Of a stretch of DNA of 64,000 bases, positions 43,750-59,660 are shown in pieces. How positions within the stretch are numbered: the first letter of the stretch is position 1; each line of letters starts with the position of its first letter. The stretch is from the human T2T-CHM13v2.0 reference genome, Homo sapiens. The notes below the pieces were generated by a model. The model was not told the origin of the DNA. It did no database searches and saw only the letters and a list, made by a program, of their open reading frames with translations. Both the position numbers and the translations under genes were made by a program. Location: the NCBI RefSeq assembly GCF_009914755.1, contig NC_060935.1. The stretch is one strand, 5' to 3'.

Positions 43750-43950
43750 CCTGCTAGCTGTGCTACCATAGGATATTACATTTACTTGCCCTATATGTAT
43801 TTTTTTTTCCTTTTCTTGGAAAACACCGGTGATAATAGTAACCTGTCCCATAAAGTTTTGAGGCGGTTACATTGTTAAGCACTTGCAAAGTGCTTAGAAC
43901 AGTGACTGACATTTTGCATTTATTTAAGTTGTGTTAGCTATTATTTTCAG
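43750..43950 (+). mobile_element. MIR
   Basis: ctagctgtgctaccatagg...gataatagtaacctg...gcaaagtgcttagaacagtgactgaca. Confidence 0.7.
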
Positions 43951-45304
43951 AATGCAGAGCAGTGTTTTGCAAAGAGAATTTAACCGCTTCTTTTATTCTC
44001 ATAGACTTACTGTTGAGAAGCTAAAAGTCCCTTTCTTTTTGTTTTGCTTGACTCTTCTGTCATAAAACTTCTGAGGTTTCCTTCTTGACTTTATCTTTAA
44101 AAAATCATGACTAGAAGCTGACTAGCCATAATCACTCTAGTTCATTTGCTTAAACTTTCATTTCAGAAGTGATACAATTTGTTTTCATTTATTTTCACCA
44201 AGCAATCATTTTTTTGGTTTGGTTACATTTCTCTTCTCTCTGCCACATTCTCTATGGCTTTCCTCTTCAGACAAATTCCCTACAATCCTCATCTTTTCTG
44301 CCTACTAGACTTCGAAAGGAAAGATGGGACATATTGTCACCAATTCTTAGAGAGCAGAAATCACAGGGGCAGCTAAGTTCTTTCCAATTAACACTCCAAA
44401 TTACATTGGTGAGGTGTGAGCTACAGTACTGTGTTCTCTGCTGTCAGACCTACTGAAAAAATTTCCATCAAATATGGCCCGCAGAGATAGACATGACTTT
44501 CCATAGCATTGAAGATGCAAATGCTTTTTAAGGTGTTTAGAATTTTAAAAAATGACAAAAATGCTTTTCTGAATACAGCTGGAACCAGTAAATCATGATT
44601 TAATTTGATTCCCCTATTTTGATTTTTTTTTTTTGAACTTGGGATAGGGGTAGGGAATCACCTACTCCCAGGACACAGTAAGAAATAACAACTGTGACTA
44701 TGATTAATAATTAACTAAATATATAAATAAAATTCAAGCATGAAGCATCTCCATTTTATGACAGCTGTTTGGAATCTCAATTTAGAAGGGAAATGTCTTC
44801 CTCACAAATAGACAAACTATTTCATGGAGTAATGATGAGGAGTAGAGCGTCCTGTGCCTTTTAGGTTGGATTATATTGCTCTGTTGCTTTGGTGCTTAAG
44901 AAAGTAGCCAGGTTTCATCGTGTGCCCCTGAAAAATAAGTGCTTTTTTCTTTTTACAATCAGGAAAAAAATAGAGAAGAGTATGTATCTAAATATGTGAA
45001 TAATGGAAAGCAATACGCATGCATATATTTAAATCTCGGATATCTGTGCATATCTGTAAATAAGCAGTCATACTGATCTGCATGTGATTTTTCCAAGTGT
45101 CCCTCACTCTTGAATTCCTTCATGCCTTTGCATGCGCTGTTTTCTAATTTAACATTACTTTTTTTTGTATGCCCTATACAACTATGTTCTTTCTCTTTCT
45201 TAGAGAGTACATTCATGTGCCTTCTTTGCTACAAAGGCAGTAAAAACCCTTCAGTAAATATCATCCAACACTCATTTCCCTGGACTTTGCAGATTGTTAT
45301 GTAA

Positions 45305-45658
<354 letters not shown>

Positions 45659-45835
45659 TCTAGTACTTTTTAACATATTCTTCTCCTGACACTGACGCCA
45701 AGTACCTATGGGGCCAAACTGTCTTATTTCCCTTCATGTTTTCATATCACATTTAGCATATATTACCCATCTAGTAAATAATTTGGTGAATCCATACAAA
45801 TAGATATACATTTAAATATATAATGTGACCTGTTT

Positions 45836-45868
45836 TATGTGTATGTATGTATGTATGTGTGTGTGTGC
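45836..45868. repeat. (TATG)n(TG)n microsatellite
   Basis: tatgtgtatgtatgtatgtatgtgtgtgtgtg. Confidence 0.85.
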
Positions 45869-46930
45869 ATCCACACATATAAAAGGAAGATACTCAGAAA
45901 TATAAATAGACCAAAAACCCTGCAAATAATTTTAGGTACATATCATCTTCTTAACTGTACCTTGTAACATGTTATTACAATTCGGAACAGAATGACATCA
46001 TTTACAAACCTTGTAACACTAAGTTTGCATCCTAGTTCTTAGAAAATTAAATATTTTTACATCAAATCAAGGAATTATATATTTGGTGTCCTACTTCCAA
46101 CATATACTTCTTTAAATGCTGGTATTAAGCTTGCTATCACCATCTTTTAGAAATTTCTCTGACATAAAAACCCATGTGTCTAACAATCTCCTTGGTAATC
46201 AAATCAGTAGATATTATCGCAAAGAAAGAGCCATTAATTCCTACTGATTTGTAATTTCTTTTCAAATGCCACCTTTCTATAGTCCACTGATTATTTTACA
46301 TCTGATTGTACACTCTGCTCCTGTGTGATGCCTTTATCCTCTTTCCTCTGATTTTAATAGTTATCAGGTCTCTTTATCTGTTTCATAGAATGTATAACTT
46401 ACATGGAAAATATGCTGCAAAGTTAATCTGTAATATGTCATATTTCACTTTAAGTTAGGGAAATACCTTCAACCTTGCTTCATAGTAGTACATAGCCCAT
46501 TTAAATTAATTTTTAAAATTGGTACTTTTTCTAACTTTGGTGAAATTATTGTGAGGCAGAATATTTTATTGTGGCTACATATTTATTAATTCTAATGGTT
46601 ATTCTCTTCTTGTCTGGATTTTAAGGCTGATATTTTGGGCAAATTATTTTCAGCTATTTCTTTATATGACCTTGTATTCTGTTCATTCAGAGAATATAAA
46701 CTGAGCACCTTGTCTAATGTAGACAGTATGCTAGAAACTAGGGAAATAGATGTAAAAGCCTAGTTGCTTCTTGCACTCCAAAGAACTCACTCTTCTGACA
46801 GTCACAGGCCCACAGGCAGACAATTGTATGTGAAAAGTATTATGGGACTTCAGAGAGAATGCCAGTCAAGGCTTTCTAGAGGAATTGATATATCAGACAA
46901 TAAAATATTCCCTAAAATAAAAAATCCATG

Positions 46931-47231
46931 GGTTGGGTGTGGTGGCTCATGCCTGTAATCCCAGCAATGTAGGAGGGCAATGTGGGCAGATCACTTGAGC
47001 CCAGGAGTGTGAGACTAGTCTGGGAAACATGGCGAAATCCCATATCTACTAAAAATATAAAAAACTACTTAGGCATGGTGGTGCATGCCTGTAGTTCCAC
47101 CTACCCAGGACATTGAAGTGGGAGGATCACCTGAGCCTGGGAAGTTGGGGGAGCAGTGAGCCTTATTGTGCCACTGTACTCCAGCCTGGGCAATGGAAGT
47201 AAGACCCTGTCCCACCCCCCCACAAAAAAAA
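46931..47231 (+). mobile_element. AluJ
   Basis: gatcacttgagcccaggag and ggaggatcacctgagcctggg are J-type; diverged. Confidence 0.9.

Positions 47232-47279
<48 letters not shown>
47232..47279. repeat. (TA)n(GA)n compound microsatellite
   Basis: Directly after the AluJ tail. Confidence 0.9.
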
Positions 47280-47539
47280 CATATAAACATTAAGATATAT
47301 TATGAAATATTTGCATTCCTTCACCCTTTAAAAACATGATTAACTACTATGTGCCAGGATATTTAAAATTTTATGCTCTCATGGAGCTTGTGTTCTAATG
47401 GTGGGAGACAGACAATAAAAACATGAATACACAGCACATATCTATGGCTTAATAGTTTCAATGGGGAAAGGTAATGAATATTGGGAGGAAAAGGGGACAA
47501 TAGCGACTGTTCTCAAAGAAAAAGTATGAAAGATTTTGA

Positions 47540-47745
47540 GGCCAGGCATGGTGGCTCACGCCTGTAATCCAAGACCTTTGGGAGGCTGAGGCGGGCAGAT
47601 CACCCAAGGTTGGGAGTTCGAGACGAGCCTGGCCAACATAGTGAAACCCCATCTCTACTAAAAATACAAAAATTAGCCAGGCATGGTGGTGCACATCTGT
47701 AATCCCAGCTACTCAACAAAGGGAGACTGTCTCAAGAAAAAAAAA
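47540..47745 (+). mobile_element. AluS with an internal deletion in the right arm
   Basis: ...aatcccagctactc joins aacaaagggagactgtctc at 47714/47715. Confidence 0.9.
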
Positions 47746-47894
47746 ACATTTGAAGTGGGTTAAAAGATTAGCGAGCATTCTATCTAATGTACCCTTTCAA
47801 GTTATCTCTGTCTTTCACTGCTTTTTAGCTAATTTAAAGTTTTATAAATCTTAGAGTACTGGTAATAATAAAAATAACATGCATGAAAACACTA

Positions 47895-48734
47895 TAGAAC
47901 AAATGAACCTAACACATCCAGAGCACTCCATCCAACAGCGCCAAGATGCACATTCTTCTCAAATGCTCTTGGAATATTCTCCAAGATGGATCACATGCTA
48001 GGTCACCTGTTTTGTGAGAGATTTAAGAAGATTGAAATCATTCTAAGGATTTTTTTCTGAACACAATGAAGGAACTAAAAACCAGCGACAAAAGGAAAAT
48101 GAAAAAAAAAGCACAAATATATGGAAATTAAACAACAGACTTTTGAACAATCATTGGGTCAAAGTAAACATCAAAAAGGAAATTACAAATACTTCAATAC
48201 AAATGAAAACAAAACAAAACTTACCCAAACTTGTGGGGTGCAGCAAAACAGGTAGTTAGAGAGAAGTTTGTGGAGATACTAAAAGGGAAGTTTATGGAGA
48301 AATACCTTCATTAAAAATGAAAAAAGATCTCAAATAAGCAACCTAACTATACATCTCAAGGAGCTAGAAAAAAACAAGTTGAACTAAGCACAAAGTTATT
48401 AAAAGGGAGGAAATAATGAATATTAGAGCAGAAATAAATGAAATCAACAATAGAAAAATAATTTAAAAAGTCAATAAAACTGAGTTGGCTTTTTGAAAAG
48501 AAACAAAATTAACAAACTCTTAGGTAGTCTAAGAAAACAAGAGAGAAAGATTTTAATAAATAAAATAAGAAATAAAAGAGAAGACATTACAACATTTACA
48601 ACAGAAATTAAATAAATTATATATATAATAAGAATTACTATGCATAATTATATGACCACAAATTAGACAATCTAGAGAAAACAGAAAAAATCCTAGACAC
48701 ATACAATCTACTAAGACTAAATTAATAAGAAATA
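47895..48734 (+). mobile_element. L1M ORF2 fragment
   Basis: cacattcttctcaaatgc...gatcacatgctaggtcac...aaagatctcaaataagcaacctaac...cctagacacatacaatctactaagact. Confidence 0.85.
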
Positions 48735-48949
48735 GGCGGGCTGTAATTCCAGCCCTTTGGGAGGCCGAGGTGGGCTGATCACCCTGAGGTCAGGAGTTCA
48801 AGACCATCCTGGCCAACATGGAGAAATCCCATCTCCACTAAAAATACGAAAATTTGTTGGGCATGGTGGCATGTGCCTGTAATCCCAGCTACTCGGGAGG
48901 CTGAGGCAGGAGAATCACTTGAACCCAGCAGGCAGAGATTGCAGTAAGC
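48735..48949 (+). mobile_element. AluS fragment (5' deletion, no 3' end or tail)
   Basis: ggcgggctgtaattccagcc... stops at gagattgcagtaagc. Confidence 0.88.
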
Positions 48950-50900
<1,951 letters not shown>

Positions 50901-51039
50901 TATTTAGTTCAGTGCCTAAGTAGAGACTTGGGAACAAAGTCCCAATGAGACACAATTATTGGTAGAACAGGCAGATTCCTACCTTCTTTTATGTCTGTGG
51001 TCTCAGTGTAATTTTTAACAGTGTTTCCTTGCACCGTCC

Positions 51040-51231
51040 TTTTTTTTTTTTTTACTATAAATTTAAGGGGAACAAGTGCAGTGTTGTTACATGGACATAT
51101 TGTGTAGTAGTGAAGTCTGAGCTTTTAAAGTAATCATCACCTAAATACTGTACATTGTAGCCACGAAGTAATTTCTCGTCCTTCACCCTCCTTCCACATT
51201 ACCATCTTCAATAACTATTATTCCACCCTCT
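51040..51231 (-). mobile_element. L1PB-type 3' end
   Basis: ggggaacaagtgcagtgttgttacatggacatattgtgtagtagtgaagtctgagctttt. Confidence 0.8.
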
Positions 51232-51269
51232 TGCCCTGATTTGGAAACCAAATTATAAAATGACCGTAT

Positions 51270-51659
51270 TTTTTTCTTTTCTTTTTTTTTAATATACTTT
51301 TAAGTTCTGGGATACATGTGCAGCACATACAGGTTTGTTACATAGGTATACACATGCCATGGTGGCTTGCTGCATCCACCAACCCATCATCTATATTAGG
51401 TATTTCTCCTAACGCTATCCCCCCAACCCCTGACAGGCCACAGTGTGTGATGTTCCCCTCCCTGTGTCCATGTGTTCTCATTGTTCAACTCCCACTTATG
51501 AATGAGAACATGTGGTGTTTGGTTTTCTATTCTTGTGTTAGTTTGCTGAGAATGATGGTTTCTAGCTTCATCCATGTCCCTGCAAAAGGACATGAAATCA
51601 TCCTTTTTTTATGGCTGCATAGTATTCCATGGTGTATAAGTGCCACCCACATTTTCTTT

Positions 51660-51692
<33 letters not shown>

Positions 51693-52128
51693 TTGAGCCA
51701 GAGTCTCGCTCTGTCACCCAGGCTGGAGTGCAGTGGCACGATCTTGGCTCACTATAACCTCCGCCTCCTGGATTCATGCCTTTCTCCTGCCTCAGCCTCC
51801 CGAGTAGCTGGGACTACAGGCACCCACCACCACGCTTGGCTAATTTTTTGTATTTTTAGTAGAGATGGAGTTTCACTGTATTGGTCAGGATGGTCTCGAT
51901 CTCCTGACCTCGTGATCCGCCTGTCTTGGCCTCCCAAAGTGCTGAGATTACAGGCGTGAGCCACTGCGCCTGGCCAAGTGCCACATTTTCTTTATCCAGT
52001 CTATCATTGATGGACATTTGGGTTGGTTTCAAGTCTTTGCTATTGTGAACAGTGCTGCAATAAACATACTTGTGCATGTGTCTTTTTAGTAGAATGATTT
52101 ATAATCTTTTGAGTATGCACCCAGTAAT
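51270..52128 (-). mobile_element. L1PA (about PA7) 3' end, interrupted by AluY
   Basis: taagttctgggatacatgtgcag...ttatccagtctatcattgatggacatttgggttgg. Confidence 0.9.
51660..51975 (-). mobile_element. AluY
   Basis: ggtcaggatggtctcgatctcctgacctcgtgatcc; TSD AAGTGCCACATTTTCTTT (the left copy has an extra CCAC). Confidence 0.93.
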
Positions 52129-52503
52129 AAGTGAGTGAGGTGGGGATACAATCCAGATGGGATTTGTGCTGATATTCTCTTAGAAATGAGTGGGTAATCA
52201 GCTCTAATTACAACTTCTTTTTTATGATTTGTCCTGTCAGTGGCTAGTTTGCAATTAATAGTCTTATAGTATCAACACTAAGGAAGGGGCAGTCTCAGAA
52301 AAAGCACATGGAGTACTGGGCTGTCCCTTGTGTGCTGTGATAGTCAGTGTAGGTAAGTCTGGTGCAGGTAGGTGTACTAGTCTTACTAGGAATTTATGAC
52401 AATTGAATGATTGAGTTGATATTACCTTTTAAAAAATGGTTTATCTGTAAGATTCTTTACTTGCTTGAAATGTTTTCTTATATTTTATCTGCTTCATAGA
52501 GAC

Positions 52504-52939
52504 TATAATTAGTTGATTAGTATCTTCCCAAAATTCATGTCTACCTAGAACCCCAGAATATGACTTTATTTGGAAACAGAGTCTTTGCAGATGTACTTAC
52601 TTAAGAAGAGGTCAGGCTGGATTAGTGTGGGTTCTAAACCCACTGACCACATCTTTATAAAATAAAGAAGGCGAATATTCAAGAGATAGAGACACAGAGA
52701 AAAGGTCATTTGAAGATGAAAGTAGAGATTGGCATGATGCAGAAGCAAGCCCTGCAATGCAAGGATTCTTAGGAGCCAACAGAAGCTAGGAAGAGGCAAG
52801 GAAAGAATCATCCCTAGAGCCTACAAAGGGAGCATGACCCTGAATGCACCTTGACTTTGAACTTGCCTACAGAACTATAAAAGAATAAATTTCTGTTGTT
52901 TTGCGGTAAGATATTTGGGCCCCCTAGGAAACTAGTATA
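52504..52939 (+). mobile_element. MLT1B/C MaLR solo LTR
   Basis: cccaaaattcatgtctacctagaacc...tttggaaacagagtctttgcagatg...agaagctaggaagaggcaagg...aataaatttctgttgtttt; near-TSD GAGAC/GAGAT. Confidence 0.88.
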
Positions 52940-54549
52940 GAGATCAAGATAATTTTTTTATTTGGTCAAATTATTTGAATCCACATCCTTTATTAGACAG
53001 GCTCTCTGTCTCAAGGTGAAAGGCAAGAGTTATATTTTCATATCTGTAAAGAAATTGCCAAACTGTTATTTTTAAAGTAGTCTCCATTTCACCTTGCTAT
53101 CTTCTGGAAAATGATTTATGGTGTAAACCCAGCATGTTGCTAGGTGAATTCAGTGTATTAATTAAGTTTCTTTCAGATACACCTTTTAAAAAAAAGACTT
53201 ATAGTCAGTAATTCTTACATAATAGACATTTACTGCATACTATGGGTTTTGGGATAAATTAAAAGCTAAATGCTATAGAATGGGGAAATTTTTACTCCAA
53301 ATATCACCTGAATGATGGTATTTATAAGCCAATAAAATTTAGAGTTCTAATCCTAAATAAGTAACTATTCCTTGACACTGCTAAATAAGGAAAACAGAGT
53401 GTTCTTTTAATTACAAGAATATTTGCTTCTGAAAATCAGAGCATACTCACTTATAGGGGGTGGAGTTCTTGAGGGTATAATCAAGAAAATATATTCAAGA
53501 GCTATTGCAATTTGTAGGCAATGTGTCAATCAAATCAGAAAAAAACATGAAAATGTAAAACACGCCAATGCTAGAGGTGTCATAATGTAGTTGTCAAGAA
53601 AAGTGAGATTCCTGACGTGTTTTAATCCCTCTAGCAAGCAACCACATGTGTCTAAATTCAAAAGATCTGACAAAGTACCACAGGTAATAAGATTAAACAA
53701 AATGGAAAAATAATTAATGACATGTCAGAAAATTCACCTTGAGAAAGGAACATCAATTTGGGGATTAGGGTCAGAAGTATAAGAAGGAAAAGGTACCTCA
53801 ATAGGGCATACTAGTGCTATCTTGAACAATGACTTAATGACATCGGGTGTTGACTTATTAAATAGATGCTGAGTAAAAATAATTCTTAGAAAATATAATT
53901 ATATTTTCTGTCTCTTTATGTTATGAACTTTCATTACAACCGTAAGTAAGCAATAAGGGTTCTAGTTATTAAGATTGTGACTTTTTGTAAGATAGTCAAA
54001 TGTCTATAGCCAAATGAATTTATTGATGTAAATATACATTGTATGAACTGGCATATTACTTTAAAAATTACAATTGAATTTATAACACAAAAGTAAAGAG
54101 GACTGATTCCATAACAGCAAATGACTAAATAAGCCTCATTTTCTACATTGAGCAAACTCAGAGTAAATATTACCACAACTATGGAGAACAGTTAGAGAAA
54201 GAAGTGGTAAAGAAAAGGGGAGTGATAGATAACTTGAAAATAATAAGATTCATTTACTCTATAGTCCCTATTGTTCTCATCTAACATTCAATTAACAAGT
54301 TTTTTTGAAACTTTTCTCACATTATTAAGAAAAAGATCACATAATTATGTGTCTGGGCATCTATTCACACACAGATAAAGATGTAAACTAATTGTACTCT
54401 GAATTAGAAGAAATTCTTACAGCAACTCCTACAGCATATTTTGATAAATTAAACAAACCACATACTATATTATAAATATTTATTCCCTCCATGGGACTTG
54501 TGACTCTAAAAACTTTTTATATTTTTCTATTCATATTTTTATTTACTTT

Positions 54550-55070
54550 AAAAAATTTTAATTATTTTTGAGTACCTGGTAGTTGAATATATGCATGGGG
54601 TACATGTGATGTTTTGATAAAGGCATACAATGGGTAATGATCAAATCAGGGTAATTGGGGTATTCATTGCCTCAAACCTTTGTCTTTTTTTTGTATTAAA
54701 CACATTCCAATTCCACTTTTCATTATTTTTTATTATTTACTTTTTTATTTTTTGAAGCAAGGTCTCACTCTGCCACCCATGCTGGAGTGCAGTGGTGCAA
54801 TCACGGCTTACTGCAGCCTTGACCTCCTGGGCTCAAGCAATCCTCCCACCTCAGCCTCCCTAAGAGCTGGAAGGACAGGCACACACAACTACACTTGGCT
54901 AATTAAAAAAAAAATTTGTAGAGATGGGGGCTTCTTATGTTGCCCAGGCTGGTCTGCAACTGCTGGGCTCAAATGATCCTCCCACCTTGCCCTCCCAAGC
55001 GTTAGGATTTCAGGTATAAGCTACCATGCCTGGCCAAGTTATTTTTAAATATACAATAAGTTATTGTTAA
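54550..55070 (-). mobile_element. L1MA 3' end, interrupted by AluJ
   Basis: ggggtacatgtgatgttttgataaaggcatacaatgggtaatgatcaaatcagggtaattgggg; resumes with atatacaataagttattgttaa. Confidence 0.85.
54735..55035 (-). mobile_element. AluJ
   Basis: gcagccttgacctcctgggctcaagcaatcctcccacctcagcctcc. Confidence 0.92.
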
Positions 55071-55512
55071 TTTAATTTTTATTCACCATTTAATTAATGC
55101 AATAGATATTTTTTGACCACTTACTAAATGTTTAACATCCTTCTTCGTTCATGGACTACTTCAGTAAAAAAGTAGTTTCCTATTCTCTAGATCTTAGATT
55201 TTAAAGTCACTGTTTTGAGAGGGATGCTTGGGAGTACAGCTTGATCTACTTCAGACTGTAGTGAGACCAAGCAATAAAATTTATTGTGAAATTTCAGGGT
55301 AGTTTATTATACTAACATATATTCCCTACCCTGGTCAATATATGAATGCAGAGAATTTTTAACCTATAATTTTATAACCAACCAAATTCTTGTTTAAGGA
55401 TGACAGTTTAATAATAAAAAAAATCATTGGTTATGTTAGACATCTGAATGATTAGCAAACAGAAACTCATTTTGAAAATACTCTTGAATGGAGTTTTAAA
55501 ATAGCTAAATTC

Positions 55513-55584
55513 CAGTGAGCCAAGATCGCACCACTGCACTCCAGCCTGGCGACACAGCGAGACTCCGTCTCAAAAGAAAAAAAA
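55513..55584 (+). mobile_element. Severely 5'-truncated Alu (last ~60 nt plus tail)
   Basis: cagtgagccaagatcgcaccactgcactccagcctgg...gtctcaaaa; TSD AGCTAAATTC (55503-55512, 55585-55594). Confidence 0.9.
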
Positions 55585-55853
55585 AGCTAAATTCAAGAAA
55601 TGTTAATAGAGATATGGGATTGAAGTTTAATCAAAGGGTTTATGAACACTTACTGCTGTCCAAAAGACTCATTCCAAAGCAAGACATTCCACAACAAACT
55701 AGAAAACAAAATGTGGATAATATCAGTATGGTAGTGATAGGCAAAATGAGAACAAGTTCTAGTAACCATATTGTTGTACAATATATATATTGATAAGGAT
55801 AATAAATTAGTGGGTAAGTATAACTATAAGTGTTAAATTAAGAGAAATAATCG

Positions 55854-56160
55854 GGCTGGGTGCAGTGGCTCATGTTTGTAATCCCAGCACTTTGGGAGGC
55901 CAAGGCTGGTGGATTGTTTGAGCCCAGGAGTTTGAGATCAGCCTGGGCAACATAGAGAAACTCATCTCTATAAAAAATAAAAAATTTAGCTGAGTGTGGT
56001 AGTACATACCTGTAGCCCTAGCTACTTGGGAGGCTGCGATGAGAGGATTGCTTGAGTCTGGGAGGATGAGGCTGTGTGGTGAGCTGAGTGATCATGCCAC
56101 TACACTCCAGCCTTAGTGACAAAGTGAGACCCTGTCTTAAAAAAATCAGTCAATAAATAA
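55854..56160 (+). mobile_element. AluJ
   Basis: ggattgtttgagcccaggagtttgag, gaggattgcttgagtctggg. Confidence 0.92.
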
Positions 56161-56839
56161 AGCAATGATCAACATCAATAATCGAGAAAAAATTATATAG
56201 ATTTTAAGACAGACAAAACTACAGCCAGCCAATAGATAAGGAAACAAGGAAGAAGCAGAAACAGTGATCAAAAGTAAGAACTCGTATGCCAGCACTTACA
56301 GTAAATACAGAACAAACAAATTTGTTAGGTAAAACAGAAGTCTCTCATTTTAGTTTAAAAAGATTTACCAATATGTTGAATAGTTTTGTCAAAAGAAAAA
56401 AAAATCCAAGGAATAAAACTGGAAAATTGAAAATTTGTAATATAGGATAAAAATAGCAAACATGAAAGAAAAAAATCCTGAGTTTCTAATTGTTACAGAT
56501 AATAATATTTTTTCATATAAAAATCAGTGAAAGATAATGAAATAGAAAATAGTAAAAGAAACAACTGGAAAAGCACATAAAACCGTCATCAACCTAAAGG
56601 CAAATAACAAAATATCATCTATCAAGCATAAACTGACTGAGCTCCAGGGAAAAACAAATAAACCAAGTGTTCTGAAATAGTTTCAAATATTTAACACACT
56701 GCTCTCAGAAACTAGTGCATAGTGAAGATGAAAAAAAAGCTGGAAAGATCAAAGATATGAATAACAGTGTGAGATTAATCTTTTAGTTTTATTTACAATT
56801 CTATACTTGCTAATAATGTATTTTTCCTCTCAGACACTA

Positions 56840-57700
56840 GTTTTTATTTCTAAGTTCAATTGGGTCATTTTTATATCTTCATTGTCCACTTAATATGTTC
56901 AGCATTTTACCTTTATCTTCAACAAACAGAATATAGTTATAATAACTGTTTTAATCTCCTTGCTTATTAAATCTATCATCAGTTACATACCTACTATAGT
57001 TTAGATAGAATCATTTTTTGTCATTATAGAGATTCTTCCTGTTACTTTCCATGTGATACAGTTTTTGATCAAATGCTAAACATTTGATCAAAAACTATAT
57101 GTTACATTTGTGGTACAGAGTATTTTTTCATTGAAATAAATATTTTTAGTTTTGTTATGAGATGCAGTTAAACTAATTGCAAACAATTTTATCTTTTCAG
57201 GTCTTTTTTTTTTTAAGCTTAATCCAACTTACAGCTGTAATCAGTCTATGGTTCCCCGATAGTGAGTCAAAACCCTTTTTGGTAGTCTAATTGATATCCC
57301 TGACTTATGAGGTTTCCCATCATGGTTGTTGGAAGCAGGCACTATTCCTGGCCCTTTATGGAATAGCAGGAACTATTCCAGGCCCGTGCCTGAGCATGGT
57401 TTCTCTAATCCTTTTGGATTGTTCTTTTCATGAATTCAGGAAAGCGCCATCTCTTCCATTTAACTTCTCTTGGGGTTGCCTACCCTTCACTTTAATTTGG
57501 AAATCTTTTTAAGACAGTGAGCTAGGGCCATCAAAAAATAAGACTCACCTCATTTGTTTCCATCTTTCAGGGATCACTATTTTTCATTGACCAGCATCCA
57601 AATATCTTGGATGCTACAATTTCATATATTTCCTCTGGCTTTATGGTTGTTTGAGTCAGGTGAGTTAACCTGGTCCCTGGTACTATACCTTGTTCAGCAG
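56840..57700 (-). mobile_element. L1M (ME/MC) 5'/ORF1-side fragment
   Basis: tttttatttctaagttcaattgggtcatttttatatctt...ctcacctcatttgtttccatctttcagggatcact. Confidence 0.6.
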
Positions 57701-57759
57701 CTGGAAAAATGAGGATAATACTATGTTTATTTAGAAAACATTATTTCTTGCATTATTTT

Positions 57760-59660
57760 TATTTCCTTTCATTTGAAATGATTTGATATTTAGAAAGTTT
57801 GTAAAACTAGTACAACCTTTCCTTTTTTAATTTGGAAGTTACCATGACGTCATGCTTCACTGCCTCTGAAAATCTGAGTGTGTCATTTCTACGAGCAAAA
57901 ATATATTCTTGCATAGCAATAATAAAACATCAAAACCAAGAAATAGATATGATGCTTTATTATAATAATAGCAGCATATTCTGTTTAAGTTTTCAAATTG
58001 TGCCAATAACTCATTTATAGAAAAACGTGCCAATTGGGTTTATTTCTGCATTTAATTGTTATATGTTTTTAATTTCTTTCTGTCCTTGATTTCACCCTAT
58101 TCTTGACTTTCATAACTTTTATGCTTTTAAAGATGATAAGCCATTTATTTTGTGAAATATGTTTCAATTTGTATTATGATTTTCCTCATGATTTGATTCA
58201 AGTTATTCACATTAGGCAGGAAAATCAAACAAATAATGTTGTGTCCCATTCATTGTAATATATCAGGTGGTAAATAATTTCAATTTGTCCTATTATGAAT
58301 GAGTAAACTTTCATCACTTGTGTTAAGATAGGATTTTCCAGGTTCTTCCATTTTAGGTAACCTATTTTCCCTTTCAATTAGTAAATATTTTGTAAGGAGG
58401 TACTTTGAGACTACGTAAATTTCCTGTACTGATCAAACATACACCCACTAGATTTAACACCACAGATTTTTCTTGGCTGAATTAATTTTTACCATAATGA
58501 TTTCTGCATCGTGATTATTCTAATGTTGTCATTTTTTTACACAGTTAGTAGTTAGGATTATACAACATGGAAGAGCTTCTCTTCTTCCATTTATTTGTGA
58601 CTCTGTTTTTCAAACCAATAAGGACTCATGATTTTCTACTTTCTTCAATGATTTTGAATTCATTCCTATTATGACTTAATTTGCTGTTCAAATTATGCTG
58701 GATTTGGTCAGTGTGTTCCCTTTCAAGACTATTCTATAGAGGCCAGTCATATATTTTTCTTGTTCCAATCCTGAAATTATCCATTTATCATAGCCTTGGT
58801 GCCTTTAGTGGAGAATAAGACTTAGAAGCAAAGATTTATTTGCAAGTGTGATCATTGCTATAGGGGTGTTACTCTTCCTAGGCTTTCTTAGAAGAAAGAG
58901 TTGGAGAATATATATGTGTATCTACATGTATATCTCTCTCTGTCAATCAATTTAGTTATCACAATCCATAAATTCACTCCGATACTTCTAATTTGAATCA
59001 AAAACCAAAGAGTCAATTTTTGTTTCTTCCTTTCCGTGTTTGTATTTTTCTTCTCTCACAGTAAAAAACCTGATTCTGATATTCTGATATCATATATATA
59101 CATGCATATATATATGGGTGTATATATCATATAGATGTATATATCATATATATACAGATACATTCATATATATGATATACACATATACATACATTCATAC
59201 ATATAGATATATTTAATCACATGCACCTTCTTCCCAATACAACCAATCTTCCATCACTGCCTGCATCTCCTCCCCCACCTGCACACACAAACTGATGTCT
59301 TCTTCATCCTACTCAGGACTTTCACTCTTGCAGCCGCCGCCAAATTCCTGGATGGCCACTCTTCGTCCTGCTCTGTTTCAATCACCTTGCAACTGGTTGT
59401 TAAAATGCCCTGCTCACTCTGCTTGAGCTCTGAACTCCACTGTCGACGACTGGCATTGAAGATGTTCTTTTCTGAGGCAGCCTTTTCACCACATTCAGGC
59501 CTTTACTTTGAATACCAGGCTGACACAGTTGCCATCGCTTCCTCAAACAGGGTCCATCTTCACTCTAATACAGCTCCAAACCTCACCCAACCTGCTGCCT
59601 TCCCTCCTCCATATGGAGAGCCACCATACTCGACACCCCTAAGGAATACCTTTTAGACTG
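57760..59660 (-). mobile_element. L1MC4/5-type 3' end with degenerate subrepeats
   Basis: tttgtaaggaggtactttgagactacgtaaat, ttagtggagaataagacttagaagcaaagat, atgccctgctcactctgcttgagctctga. Confidence 0.7.
59088..59212. repeat. (CATATA)n/(TA)n low-complexity repeat
   Basis: Alternating TA with CAT/GAT interruptions. Confidence 0.85.

Noticed and set aside
51318-51959. Longest ORF in the track (213 aa)
   Set aside because: Read-through of antisense L1 3' UTR and antisense AluY; not a gene
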